Assembly: GCA_037130925.1 (NCBI GenBank)
Contig: JBAXSC010000001.1
Span: 176,182-240,181, forward strand
Direction: 5' to 3'
Length of the DNA: 64,000 nt
Source: Candidatus Nomurabacteria bacterium
GTDB lineage: Bacteria > Patescibacteriota > Minisyncoccia > Phycocordibacterales > UBA5272
Shown: positions 28,270-36,182 of the stretch, piece by piece
How positions within the stretch are numbered: the stretch's first letter is position 1
Layout: each line of letters starts with the position of its first letter
Notes under the pieces: generated by a model
What the model was told of the DNA's origin: nothing
Databases searched by the model: none
What the model saw: the letters and a program-made list of their open reading frames with translations, nothing else
Translations under genes and position numbers: made by a program

Positions 28270-30456
28270 TTAATTTATCCATTTTGTAACTAAAAGTAAA
28301 TCGTCATTTTCATTTTTAATATTTCTCCAGATCTCTTCTGTTACAAATGGCATGAATGGATGAAGTGAAATAATCTGTTCACGAAGTAGTATTATTAATA
28401 ATAATTGAGCAGATTTTTTATTTTCTGTTTCTTCAATTATTTCTTTTTTACAATCTTCTATTATCACATCAGCGAAAGTTTTCCAAAAATAATCATATAA
28501 TTTTTCTCCAGCTAAATAGAATCTATAATTTTCTAAATCACTTGTGATATCAGCTATTTTATCTTTCCAGGTATTGTAAATATTTTTATGATCAGTAGTT
28601 AATAAATTAATATCTAAATCTCCTTCATAATCTGTAGTTTTTTCTAATACGAATCTTGTAGCATTCCAGATCTTATTTGCAAAATGTTTATAAGCTTTTA
28701 ATTTATCATCTCCGAGCTTTGAGTCATTTCCTGGTCCTGTGCCAATAATTAAAGCCATACGTAGAGCATCAGTACCGTATTTTGCTATGACTTCAAGTGG
28801 ATCCATTGCATTATTTAAACTCTTACTCATTTTTCTTCCTTGTGCATCTCTTACAAGTCCGTGGAAATAAACTGTACGAAATGGAATTTCATTTAATAAA
28901 TATTTACTCATTAATATCATTCTTGCAACCCAGAATGGTAAGATATCATATCCTGTTTCTAATACATCTGTAGGATGAAATTCTAAGAAGTCAGAAGTTT
29001 TTTCTGGCCAACCAAGAGTTGAAAATGTCCAAAGTCCAGATGAAAACCAAGTATCAAGAGTATCCTCATCTTGATACCAATTTTCTATATCAGTAGGAGG
29101 GTTAATATCACAGTAAATTTCTTTTGTTTCTTTGTGATACCAAACAGGTACTCTATGTCCATACCATATTTGACGAGAAATACACCAATCATGAAGATTT
29201 TCAATCCAGTGAGTATAAACTTTTTCAAAACGATCAGGAATAATTGTTATTCCATCTTTAGTTACAGCTTCCAACATTAATTCTTTCAATGTTTTATTTT
29301 CACGATCTACAATAGATTTATTAACATTTACAAACCATTGTAATTTTGGCATTGGTTCAATTATTCCTCCTGTTCTTTCAGCAGTTGATACATTTTGAGA
29401 TATTTCTTCTTCTTTTTCTAAGAGATTATTTTCTTTTAACCAATTTACAATTATTTCTCTAGCTTCTCCGACTTTTTTACCATCTAATTTTTCGTTACAG
29501 TTAATCATCTTTGCATATTCGTTGATAACTTGTTTTTTAGCTAAATTATGTCTTTCTGCTATTTCCCAGTCTATTTTTGAGTGAGCAGGTGTTACGCCGA
29601 GTGCGCCAGTACCAAATTCTTTATCAACTTCTTTATCAGCTATGATTTTTATTGTTATAGGAACATTACAAAAATTACATTCAAAAGTTTGTCCTACATA
29701 TTGTTGATATCTTTCATCTTCAGGATGAACAGCGACAGCAGTATCTCCAATTTTTGTTTCTGGTCTTGTTGTAGAAATAGAAATAGGGAATTCTTTACTG
29801 TATTTAAAAGTGTAAAACATTGCTTTTCTTTCTTCGTAAACCAGTTCATCATCACTTATTACAGTTTGACCTTTAGGATCCCAATTTACTATTCTATTTC
29901 CTCTATAAATAAGTCCGTCATCATACATTTTTTTAAATGCGGTACGTACAGCGAAATTTCTTTTTTCATCTAAAGTAAAAGCTTCACGACTCCAATCTAG
30001 TGAAGAGCCCATCTTTTTTGATTGGGTAACAATAGTATTATGACTTTGCTCGGCAAATTCATTTACTTTCTTTAAGAATTCTTCTCTTCCTAAATCATAT
30101 TTACTTTTCTTTTCTTCTTTTAATAGATTTTTCTCTACTACTGATTGAGTTGCTATAGCCGCATGGTCTGTTCCTGGTATCCATAATGTTCTATATCCTT
30201 GCATTCTTTTATATCTGACCATTATATCTTCAATAGCGAGCATTATAGCGTGTCCTGTATGCAGAGTTCCTGTCACATTTGGTGGAGGTAAAACTATAGA
30301 AAATTTTTTTTCTTTACCATTTTCATCTTTTGAAATATTTTCTGATTTTAAATTATCAGGATTAAAATACCCAGAATTTAGCCATTCTTGATAGATTTTG
30401 TCTTCTACTTGATTAGAATCGTATGGTTTTAAAAAAGTTTCTGGTAGTGTTTTCAT
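28270..30456 (-). CDS. valS: valine--tRNA ligase (compact, 728 aa)
   Basis: PPPNVTGTLHTGHA (HIGH region, ValRS-type) and RKMSKSLNN (KMSKS). Confidence 0.9.
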   Translation of the reverse strand: MKTLPETFLKPYDSNQVEDKIYQEWLNSGYFNPDNLKSENISKDENGKEKKFSIVLPPPNVTGTLHTGHAIMLAIEDIMVRYKRMQGYRTLWIPGTDHAAIATQSVVEKNLLKEEKKSKYDLGREEFLKKVNEFAEQSHNTIVTQSKKMGSSLDWSREAFTLDEKRNFAVRTAFKKMYDDGLIYRGNRIVNWDPKGQTVISDDELVYEERKAMFYTFKYSKEFPISISTTRPETKIGDTAVAVHPEDERYQQYVGQTFECNFCNVPITIKIIADKEVDKEFGTGALGVTPAHSKIDWEIAERHNLAKKQVINEYAKMINCNEKLDGKKVGEAREIIVNWLKENNLLEKEEEISQNVSTAERTGGIIEPMPKLQWFVNVNKSIVDRENKTLKELMLEAVTKDGITIIPDRFEKVYTHWIENLHDWCISRQIWYGHRVPVWYHKETKEIYCDINPPTDIENWYQDEDTLDTWFSSGLWTFSTLGWPEKTSDFLEFHPTDVLETGYDILPFWVARMILMSKYLLNEIPFRTVYFHGLVRDAQGRKMSKSLNNAMDPLEVIAKYGTDALRMALIIGTGPGNDSKLGDDKLKAYKHFANKIWNATRFVLEKTTDYEGDLDINLLTTDHKNIYNTWKDKIADITSDLENYRFYLAGEKLYDYFWKTFADVIIEDCKKEIIEETENKKSAQLLLIILLREQIISLHPFMPFVTEEIWRNIKNENDDLLLVTKWIN

Positions 30457-30558
30457 AATTTTAAGATAAATAATTAACTTTTGCTTTGCTATATGTCTAT
30501 ATTATCACATTTTCTTTTTATGATAAAATGAAAAAATACTTAAAAATAAACAATATTT

Positions 30559-31224
30559 ATGCAAAAGAAAATGGTGATATTCGATTTCGATGGAACGATT
30601 TGGGATTCTATTAAAGAAGTTGAATTAAACAATATAGAAAAATTTAAAGAAGAATATAGAGGTCAAATTTCTATTTCAGAGCTTTATACTCATAATGTGA
30701 ATATTTTTTTTAATTTAGAAAAAAATAGAAAAGAAAATGAGAAAAGGTTGGTAAGTGATGAAGAATTAGAATTAGTAGAAAAAAGATATACAGAAAGAAA
30801 GCGATCAACTCTTCCTTGGCAAGGAGTAAAAGAATTAATGCAAGAGTTAAAAGATAAAAATATTTTAATTTCACTTTTATCTTTAACAAGATCTGGAAAT
30901 ACAGATCCTTTATTAGAAAAACATGATTTTAAAAAATATTTTTCAGATATTATTTTTGGAGATAATGTTTTAGGAAAAATTTCTAAAGTAGAAAATTTTG
31001 AATATCTTTTAAAAAAGAATAATTTAGTAGCTGATGAAGTTGTTTTTGTGACAGATACATTGAGTGATGTGCGTGAAGCGAATTCTGTAGGTATAGATAC
31101 TATTGCTGTGACATATGGTCAGCATAATAGAGAATTTTTTGAAAGAGAGAAAAATCAAAATGTTTTATTTATTGTAGATTCAGTATCTGAATTATCAGAA
31201 AAGCTATTAAATCTTATTAATTAA
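30559..31224 (+). CDS. HAD-superfamily hydrolase
   Basis: MVIFDFDGTIWDS motif I. Downstream D-rich motifs. Confidence 0.7.
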   Translation: MQKKMVIFDFDGTIWDSIKEVELNNIEKFKEEYRGQISISELYTHNVNIFFNLEKNRKENEKRLVSDEELELVEKRYTERKRSTLPWQGVKELMQELKDKNILISLLSLTRSGNTDPLLEKHDFKKYFSDIIFGDNVLGKISKVENFEYLLKKNNLVADEVVFVTDTLSDVREANSVGIDTIAVTYGQHNREFFEREKNQNVLFIVDSVSELSEKLLNLIN

Positions 31225-31232
31225 AATAATTT

Positions 31233-31820
31233 ATGATTTTAGATTTTAAAACTATTTTTAGTATTGCTGCGGCAATATTGGTTTTTGTGAGTTACTTCTT
31301 TTATATAAAAAGTATTTTAAAAGGTAATGCAAAGCCTCATGTTTTTACATGGGGACTTTGGTCTTTAATAGTTTTTATTTTATTTTTATTACAGAGATCT
31401 GGTGGAGCAGGACTTGGATCTTTACCGACACTTTTGGTTTCTATTTTATGTTTAGTCGTTTTGACTTTAAGTTTAATAAAAGAAAGTAATAAAAATATTC
31501 GAAAGATAGATATTGTATTTCTTATTCTTACTTTGATTTCTATTCCAATTTGGATATTGGCAAAGTCTCCAGAAATTTCAACTTTACTTTTATTAGTAGT
31601 TTATTCTTTAGCAGGTGAGGCAACAATTAGGAAGTCTTGGCTTGATCCATATTCAGAAACTATTTCTCTTTGGTCTATTAATTCTGTGAGAGCTATACTT
31701 TCTATTTTAGCTTTATCAAAATATACTTTTCTAACACTCGCATTTCCAACTTTAGTATTTTTTTCAGCAGCATCTTTTACTATTATTTTAATAATTAGAA
31801 GAAAAAATTTTAAAAAATAA
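31233..31820 (+). CDS. hypothetical multi-pass membrane protein
   Basis: 195 aa, 5-6 hydrophobic segments. Confidence 0.4.
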   Translation: MILDFKTIFSIAAAILVFVSYFFYIKSILKGNAKPHVFTWGLWSLIVFILFLLQRSGGAGLGSLPTLLVSILCLVVLTLSLIKESNKNIRKIDIVFLILTLISIPIWILAKSPEISTLLLLVVYSLAGEATIRKSWLDPYSETISLWSINSVRAILSILALSKYTFLTLAFPTLVFFSAASFTIILIIRRKNFKK

Positions 31821-31852
31821 AAAAATAATGATATAAGTTATAAAATAAATTT

Positions 31853-32407
31853 ATGAAAAAAAAATTAGCAAAACAAGATAAAGTTTTAAAAAAAGTTTCT
31901 CCTCTTGCAAAAGATTTATCAAAAAAATTAGATAAGACAGTTTCAAAGAGAATGAATGCTGCAGAAAAATATCATTTACCAGATCATCATTTTAAAAAAG
32001 TTGTAGTTAAAAAAAGTAAATTTGGTCTAGGACTTTTTGCTGGTGAGAATATTAAAAAAGGTGAAGTGATAATAGAGTACATTGGAAATATAATGACAGA
32101 CAAAGAAGCTGATCAAATAGCTGATAGTAGATACATTTTTTGGGTTAAAAAAGATTTTAATATCGATGGATCACCACGATGGAATATAGGCAGATACTGC
32201 AATCACTCTTGTAATCCAAACTCAGAAAGTGAAATAAAAAAAGGAAGAGTTTTTGTAAGAGCGATAAAAAATATTAATCTTGGAGAAGAAATAGTTTATG
32301 ATTACGGAGAAGAATATGTAAAAGATATTTTAATTGCAAAAGATGGTGGATGTGGATGTGATGCGAAAAAACATTTGTATCATGAAGTAGTAAAAATAAA
32401 AAAATAA
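31853..32407 (+). CDS. SET-domain protein-lysine methyltransferase
   Basis: GLGLFAGENIKKGEVI (motif I), RYCNHSCNPN (NHSCxPN), EIVYDYGEEY (ELxFDY-like), post-SET Cys cluster GGCGCDAKKH. Confidence 0.8.
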   Translation: MKKKLAKQDKVLKKVSPLAKDLSKKLDKTVSKRMNAAEKYHLPDHHFKKVVVKKSKFGLGLFAGENIKKGEVIIEYIGNIMTDKEADQIADSRYIFWVKKDFNIDGSPRWNIGRYCNHSCNPNSESEIKKGRVFVRAIKNINLGEEIVYDYGEEYVKDILIAKDGGCGCDAKKHLYHEVVKIKK

Positions 32408-32602
32408 AATTAAAAATAAAAAATAATTTTTTAAAAAAATATTTTTATAAAAATAAAAAATAAAAAGTTATCCACAAATTTTTTTGCAAAAAGTATTGTA
32501 TAAATTTTTTATGAATGAGATAATTAATATTAAGAGAGGCAGACCGAAGGTCCAAGGTCAAAATTTATAAGCGCACTCTCATAAATATTTATATCTAAAA
32601 AT

Positions 32603-32692
32603 ATGGCAGCAAAGAAAAAAGCAGCAAAGAAGGTTGCAAAGAAAAAAGCAACTAAAAAAGTTGCAAAGAAAGTAGCAAAAAAGAAAAAGTAA
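32603..32692 (+). CDS. 29-aa Lys/Ala-rich histone-H1-like peptide (MAAKKKAAKKVAKKKATKKVAKKVAKKKK)
   Basis: Not in the ORF track (<60 aa). Periodic GCA/AAG/AAA codon structure unlike the surrounding AT-rich noncoding DNA. AAAAATATG start context typical of this genome. Strong terminator immediately downstream. Confidence 0.5.
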   Translation: MAAKKKAAKKVAKKKATKKVAKKVAKKKK

Positions 32693-32709
32693 TTAACTTT
32701 TTAAAATAA

Positions 32710-32747
32710 AATCCTCTGCGTCTCCCACGACAGAGGATTTTATTTTT
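32710..32747 (+). terminator. rho-independent terminator
   Basis: AATCCTCTG-12 nt-CAGAGGATT followed by TTATTTTTG. Confidence 0.75.
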
Positions 32748-32837
32748 GCTTATTAAAATAGTCTATATTCTGGTATAATGTATATATTATTAGTTATTTG
32801 AGTTTTGTATAAAAACATTAAAATATAAAGAAATTTT

Positions 32838-33203
32838 ATGAATATAAAAGTAAAAGGAACAGATATCGAAGTTACAGAAGCTATAAGAGATTATGCTGAG
32901 AAAAAAATAGGTGAAACTTTAAAAAAGTTTAATAGTTCTTCAAAAGGAAATATTTTAGTAGAAATAGAATTAGGTAAAACTAATAATCATCATACTCATG
33001 GAGATAATTATAAGACATCCGTGACAATCACAGGTCTTTCAAAAAATATTTTTGTTGATGTTGTTAAAGATGATCTTTATGCATCAATAGATGAAGCAAA
33101 AGATAAATTAGAAAATAGATTAGCAGAAACAAAAGATAAAAAGAAAACTCTTTCAAATAAAATATCTTTAAAGTTTAAAAATCTTTTTAAAGGTAATGAT
33201 TAA
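32838..33203 (+). CDS. hpf: ribosome hibernation promoting factor (RaiA/HPF short form)
   Basis: MNIKVKGTDIEVTEAIRDYAEKK…VTITGL…VDVVKDDLYASIDEAKDKLENRL. Confidence 0.85.
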   Translation: MNIKVKGTDIEVTEAIRDYAEKKIGETLKKFNSSSKGNILVEIELGKTNNHHTHGDNYKTSVTITGLSKNIFVDVVKDDLYASIDEAKDKLENRLAETKDKKKTLSNKISLKFKNLFKGND

Positions 33204-33208
33204 TTAAT

Positions 33209-33898
33209 ATGAAGAAAAATTGGAAAAATATTTTATATATAATTTTAGCTTTAGTTATAGTTATATTTTTAATAAATTTAGTTTTAAAAAAGAGTAATGT
33301 GTCAGACAATATTGTTATTGATAATAATTCGAATGCTACAAGTACAGAAAATGTAGCAACTGATACAAATATTCTTAAAGATAATAAAAAAAATAATATG
33401 GATAATACAAACGAAAATAAAACTTATACAGAAGCAATCTTACATACAAGTTTAGGTGTAATAACTTTTGAATTTTCATCTAATAAACCTTTAACTACTG
33501 AAAATTTTAAAAAATTAGCAGCAGAAGGATTTTATAATGGTGTAAAATTTCACAGAGTTATTAAGGGATTCATGATTCAGACAGGAGATCCTCTTTCAAA
33601 AGATAATACAAAGAAAGCTTATTGGGGTACAGGTGGACCAGGATATAAATTCCAAGATGAATTAACCGGTACAGAGAAATATGAAATTGGTACAGTTGCT
33701 ATGGCAAATTCAGGACCAAATACAAATGGCTCACAATTTTTTATTATGACAAGCAATACTCAGCTTCCTCCGGCATATACAGTGTTTGGTAAAGTCGTTG
33801 CGGGTATTGATGTTGCAATGAAGATTCAAGATGTCGCAACAGATAGTAGCGATAAACCTCTTGAAGATATTACAATTAGTTCAATTGAATTAAAATAG
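33209..33898 (+). CDS. peptidyl-prolyl cis-trans isomerase (cyclophilin type) with N-terminal membrane anchor
   Basis: …FHRVIKGFMIQTGDP…GYKFQDE…VFGKVV… cyclophilin signature. Confidence 0.9.
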   Translation: MKKNWKNILYIILALVIVIFLINLVLKKSNVSDNIVIDNNSNATSTENVATDTNILKDNKKNNMDNTNENKTYTEAILHTSLGVITFEFSSNKPLTTENFKKLAAEGFYNGVKFHRVIKGFMIQTGDPLSKDNTKKAYWGTGGPGYKFQDELTGTEKYEIGTVAMANSGPNTNGSQFFIMTSNTQLPPAYTVFGKVVAGIDVAMKIQDVATDSSDKPLEDITISSIELK

Positions 33899-33924
33899 AT
33901 ATTACATAAAACAAAAAATACTCT

Positions 33925-33975
33925 TTCGAATTTTCTTAACCCTAAAGGGCTCCGACAAAAATTCTTAAGAGTATT
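33925..33975. repeat. conserved 30-nt motif TTCTTAACCCTAAAGGGCTCCGACAAAA embedded in an inverted repeat (copy 2). Likely bidirectional terminator or structured element.
   Basis: Near-identical core to 2446-2477. Flanked by AAAAAATACTCTT…AAGAGTATTTTTTG. Confidence 0.5.
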
Positions 33976-33986
33976 TTTTTGTTTTA

Positions 33987-34871
33987 TTAAATTAGATATC
34001 CTCTTTCAAAATCTTCAAAATTCATTTCAGATTTTCCTTCTGGAATAACTTTTTCTATTATTTCTTTTGCTAATTTATCTTTTGCAAAATCTTTTATTAA
34101 ATTTATTTGAGATATTTTCACTCTCATTTCTTTATCTTTATGATTTATAAAAAAGAAAAGTGGAATATGAGGCAAGAATGCTTTGAATTTATTTTGTATA
34201 TCTTCTGCTTTATCTTCTAATTTTATCTCTCCTTCTTTTTTATCAAATTTTCTAGTGAAAGTAGCAAGATCATGATCTTGATCTATTAATTTTATATTTC
34301 CTTCGAGATAATGTTCTAAAATTTGTAATATCATTTCTCCTCCTTCTGCTCCACATTTTCTTTCTAATTTCTCATTTATATCTTCATCTAAAATATTTAT
34401 TTCTTTTTGTATTAAAATTGGTCCATGATCAACTTCTTTGTCGAGCTTTATGATTGTAATGCCTGTAGTATTGTCTCCATTTAATAAAGCTGTCTGAATA
34501 GGTGAAGGTCCTCTATATTTTGGTAAAAGTGAAGGGTGAACATTTAATGTTCCACTTTTTGGAATATTTAAAATACTTTCTGGTAAAATTTTTGGATAGC
34601 TCGCCACTATAAATACATCAAATTCTTCTGAAAGATATTTATTATTTTCTTCTGTATCTTTAAAATTTATCGGTTGCCAAACTTTTATATTTTTACTTTC
34701 ACACCAAGTCTTGATAATAGGCGAATGTAATTCCATTTTTCTTCCAGATCTTTTATCTGGAGAAGTTATCACAAGTGAAGGTATTAAATTATTTTTATAA
34801 AGAGAATACAAAGCACTCTCTGCAAGTGGTCCTGTACCAAAAAAAGCAAATTTTATATTTTTATTTTCCAT
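33987..34871 (-). CDS. fmt: methionyl-tRNA formyltransferase
   Basis: …LNVHPSLLPKYRGPSPIQTALLNGD… formyltransferase core plus C-terminal domain. Confidence 0.9.
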   Translation of the reverse strand: MENKNIKFAFFGTGPLAESALYSLYKNNLIPSLVITSPDKRSGRKMELHSPIIKTWCESKNIKVWQPINFKDTEENNKYLSEEFDVFIVASYPKILPESILNIPKSGTLNVHPSLLPKYRGPSPIQTALLNGDNTTGITIIKLDKEVDHGPILIQKEINILDEDINEKLERKCGAEGGEMILQILEHYLEGNIKLIDQDHDLATFTRKFDKKEGEIKLEDKAEDIQNKFKAFLPHIPLFFFINHKDKEMRVKISQINLIKDFAKDKLAKEIIEKVIPEGKSEMNFEDFERGYLI

Positions 34872-35409
34872 GTTTTTCTATTTCTATTTCTTGAATATTT
34901 TCTGCATGATCTATAAAGAGTATTCCGTCTAAATGATCACATTCATGCTGAAATATTTGTGCTATTAAATTTGACGCACCAAAGCTAAATTTATTTCCCA
35001 TAAAGTCATAAGCCTCTATTGTGACACTTGCATGTCTCTCTGTTGTACCATAGAGTGGTCTTACTGATAGGCATCCTTCATCTGCGAGCATTGTTTTTTT
35101 ACTTGCTTTTGTGATTGTTGGATTGATGAATACTAGAGGCTTCCAGACAGGATTTTTATTTCCTATTTCATAAGCTGACTCTCTCACTAAGAAAATTTTT
35201 TTAGATATTCCTATTTGTGGTGCTGCTATAGCTACTCCATCGCTTTCTTGATTCATTGCTTCTTTCATATCATCAAGTATCTTTTTTAATTCTGGAGTTC
35301 CAAATTCATTTTTATTTACATTTTTTGCTTCATGTCTCAATACACTTGTCTCATCAAGCTTTTGTTCTTCATCTTCCTTTTTCCAGTCAATTTGTACTAT
35401 TTTGACCAT
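34861..35409 (-). CDS. def: peptide deformylase
   Basis: Motifs GVAIAAPQIG, EGCLSV, QHECDHLDG. Overlaps fmt by 11 nt (def-fmt operon). Confidence 0.9.
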   Translation of the reverse strand: MVKIVQIDWKKEDEEQKLDETSVLRHEAKNVNKNEFGTPELKKILDDMKEAMNQESDGVAIAAPQIGISKKIFLVRESAYEIGNKNPVWKPLVFINPTITKASKKTMLADEGCLSVRPLYGTTERHASVTIEAYDFMGNKFSFGASNLIAQIFQHECDHLDGILFIDHAENIQEIEIEKHGK

Positions 35410-35465
35410 ATATTTAAATAGATATTAATAAGCTGATTTTATCATATTAGTTTTTTGAAATATAC

Positions 35466-35493
35466 TTGACAAATTAGTAAATAAGAGTATAAT
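35466..35493 (+). promoter_or_regulatory. sigma70 promoter TTGACA-N16-TATAAT (leader module copy R3)
   Basis: TTGACAAAT 35466-35474, TATAAT 35488-35493. Confidence 0.65.
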
Positions 35494-35507
35494 AATATAT
35501 AGTTAAA

Positions 35508-35542
35508 TTTTGTTCTTTAAAATCAAAAAATTAAGAACAAAA
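35508..35542 (+). promoter_or_regulatory. conserved leader inverted repeat TTTTGTTCTT-N15-AAGAACAAAA (copy R3)
   Basis: Perfect 10-bp arms. Confidence 0.5.
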
Positions 35543-35588
35543 TTAAATTTCTAAAACAATATTTTAATATTTTTAAATTTTATTCAAA

Positions 35589-36127
35589 ATGAACACAAAT
35601 TCAAAACGTTGGATCAAAAACGGTCGTATTTATTTTTCAGTAATAGGCCTGGGTCTTACAGCTGAAAAGTGGAAAACAAGGCTTAAAAAAATGGTCATAA
35701 AATTACCAATTCCGCAGATAAACTTCTTACAAAATCAGATTATAATGAAAATCATAGACTAGTACCTGGAAAAGAGTATCATTTAGTGTTGGTTGAAAAT
35801 AATAAAATGGGAAAAGATTTTAAATTTACAGATGAGAACTTAAAAACTTTCTCTATAAAAGAGTTTGGTGAAAGTTCTGTATCGGAATTGAAAGGTGAAT
35901 TAGCCTTACTTATTCGTGAAAAATTTTCTAATGAAGAATTGGAAGAGATGGGTTTAGCTTATATAGCTGTACTTCATAAACCAATTATTTCTTTTTCCGT
36001 TGATAATTCTGCAGGTACTCTTCGTTCTGGTCAAAATATTGGGTATTCTTTAATAGATTCTTATTATGATATCAGGTATGATGACTGGGTTATTGACCGT
36101 GGTTCTTTTGCTTTTTTGGTAAATTAA
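35589..36127 (+). pseudogene. frameshifted paralog of the 939-1631 gene (or a programmed frameshift). ORF-a 35589-35762 continues in the +2 frame as 35687-36127.
   Basis: Frame-0 product …MVIKLPIPQ… and frame-2 product …YNENHRLVPGKEYH… both align to the single R1 protein (…GIKLPELFPY…KNENGILVPGKWEY…). Confidence 0.45.
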
Positions 36128-36153
36128 TTTTTTGATTTTCTTTTTTTTAAAAT

Positions 36154-36182
36154 CCTCTTCGTGAAAGCGGGGAGGTTTTTTA
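36154..36182. terminator. bidirectional terminator
   Basis: CCTCTTCG-tgaaag-CGGGGAGG (with G·U pairs) followed by TTTTTTA. Confidence 0.6.
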
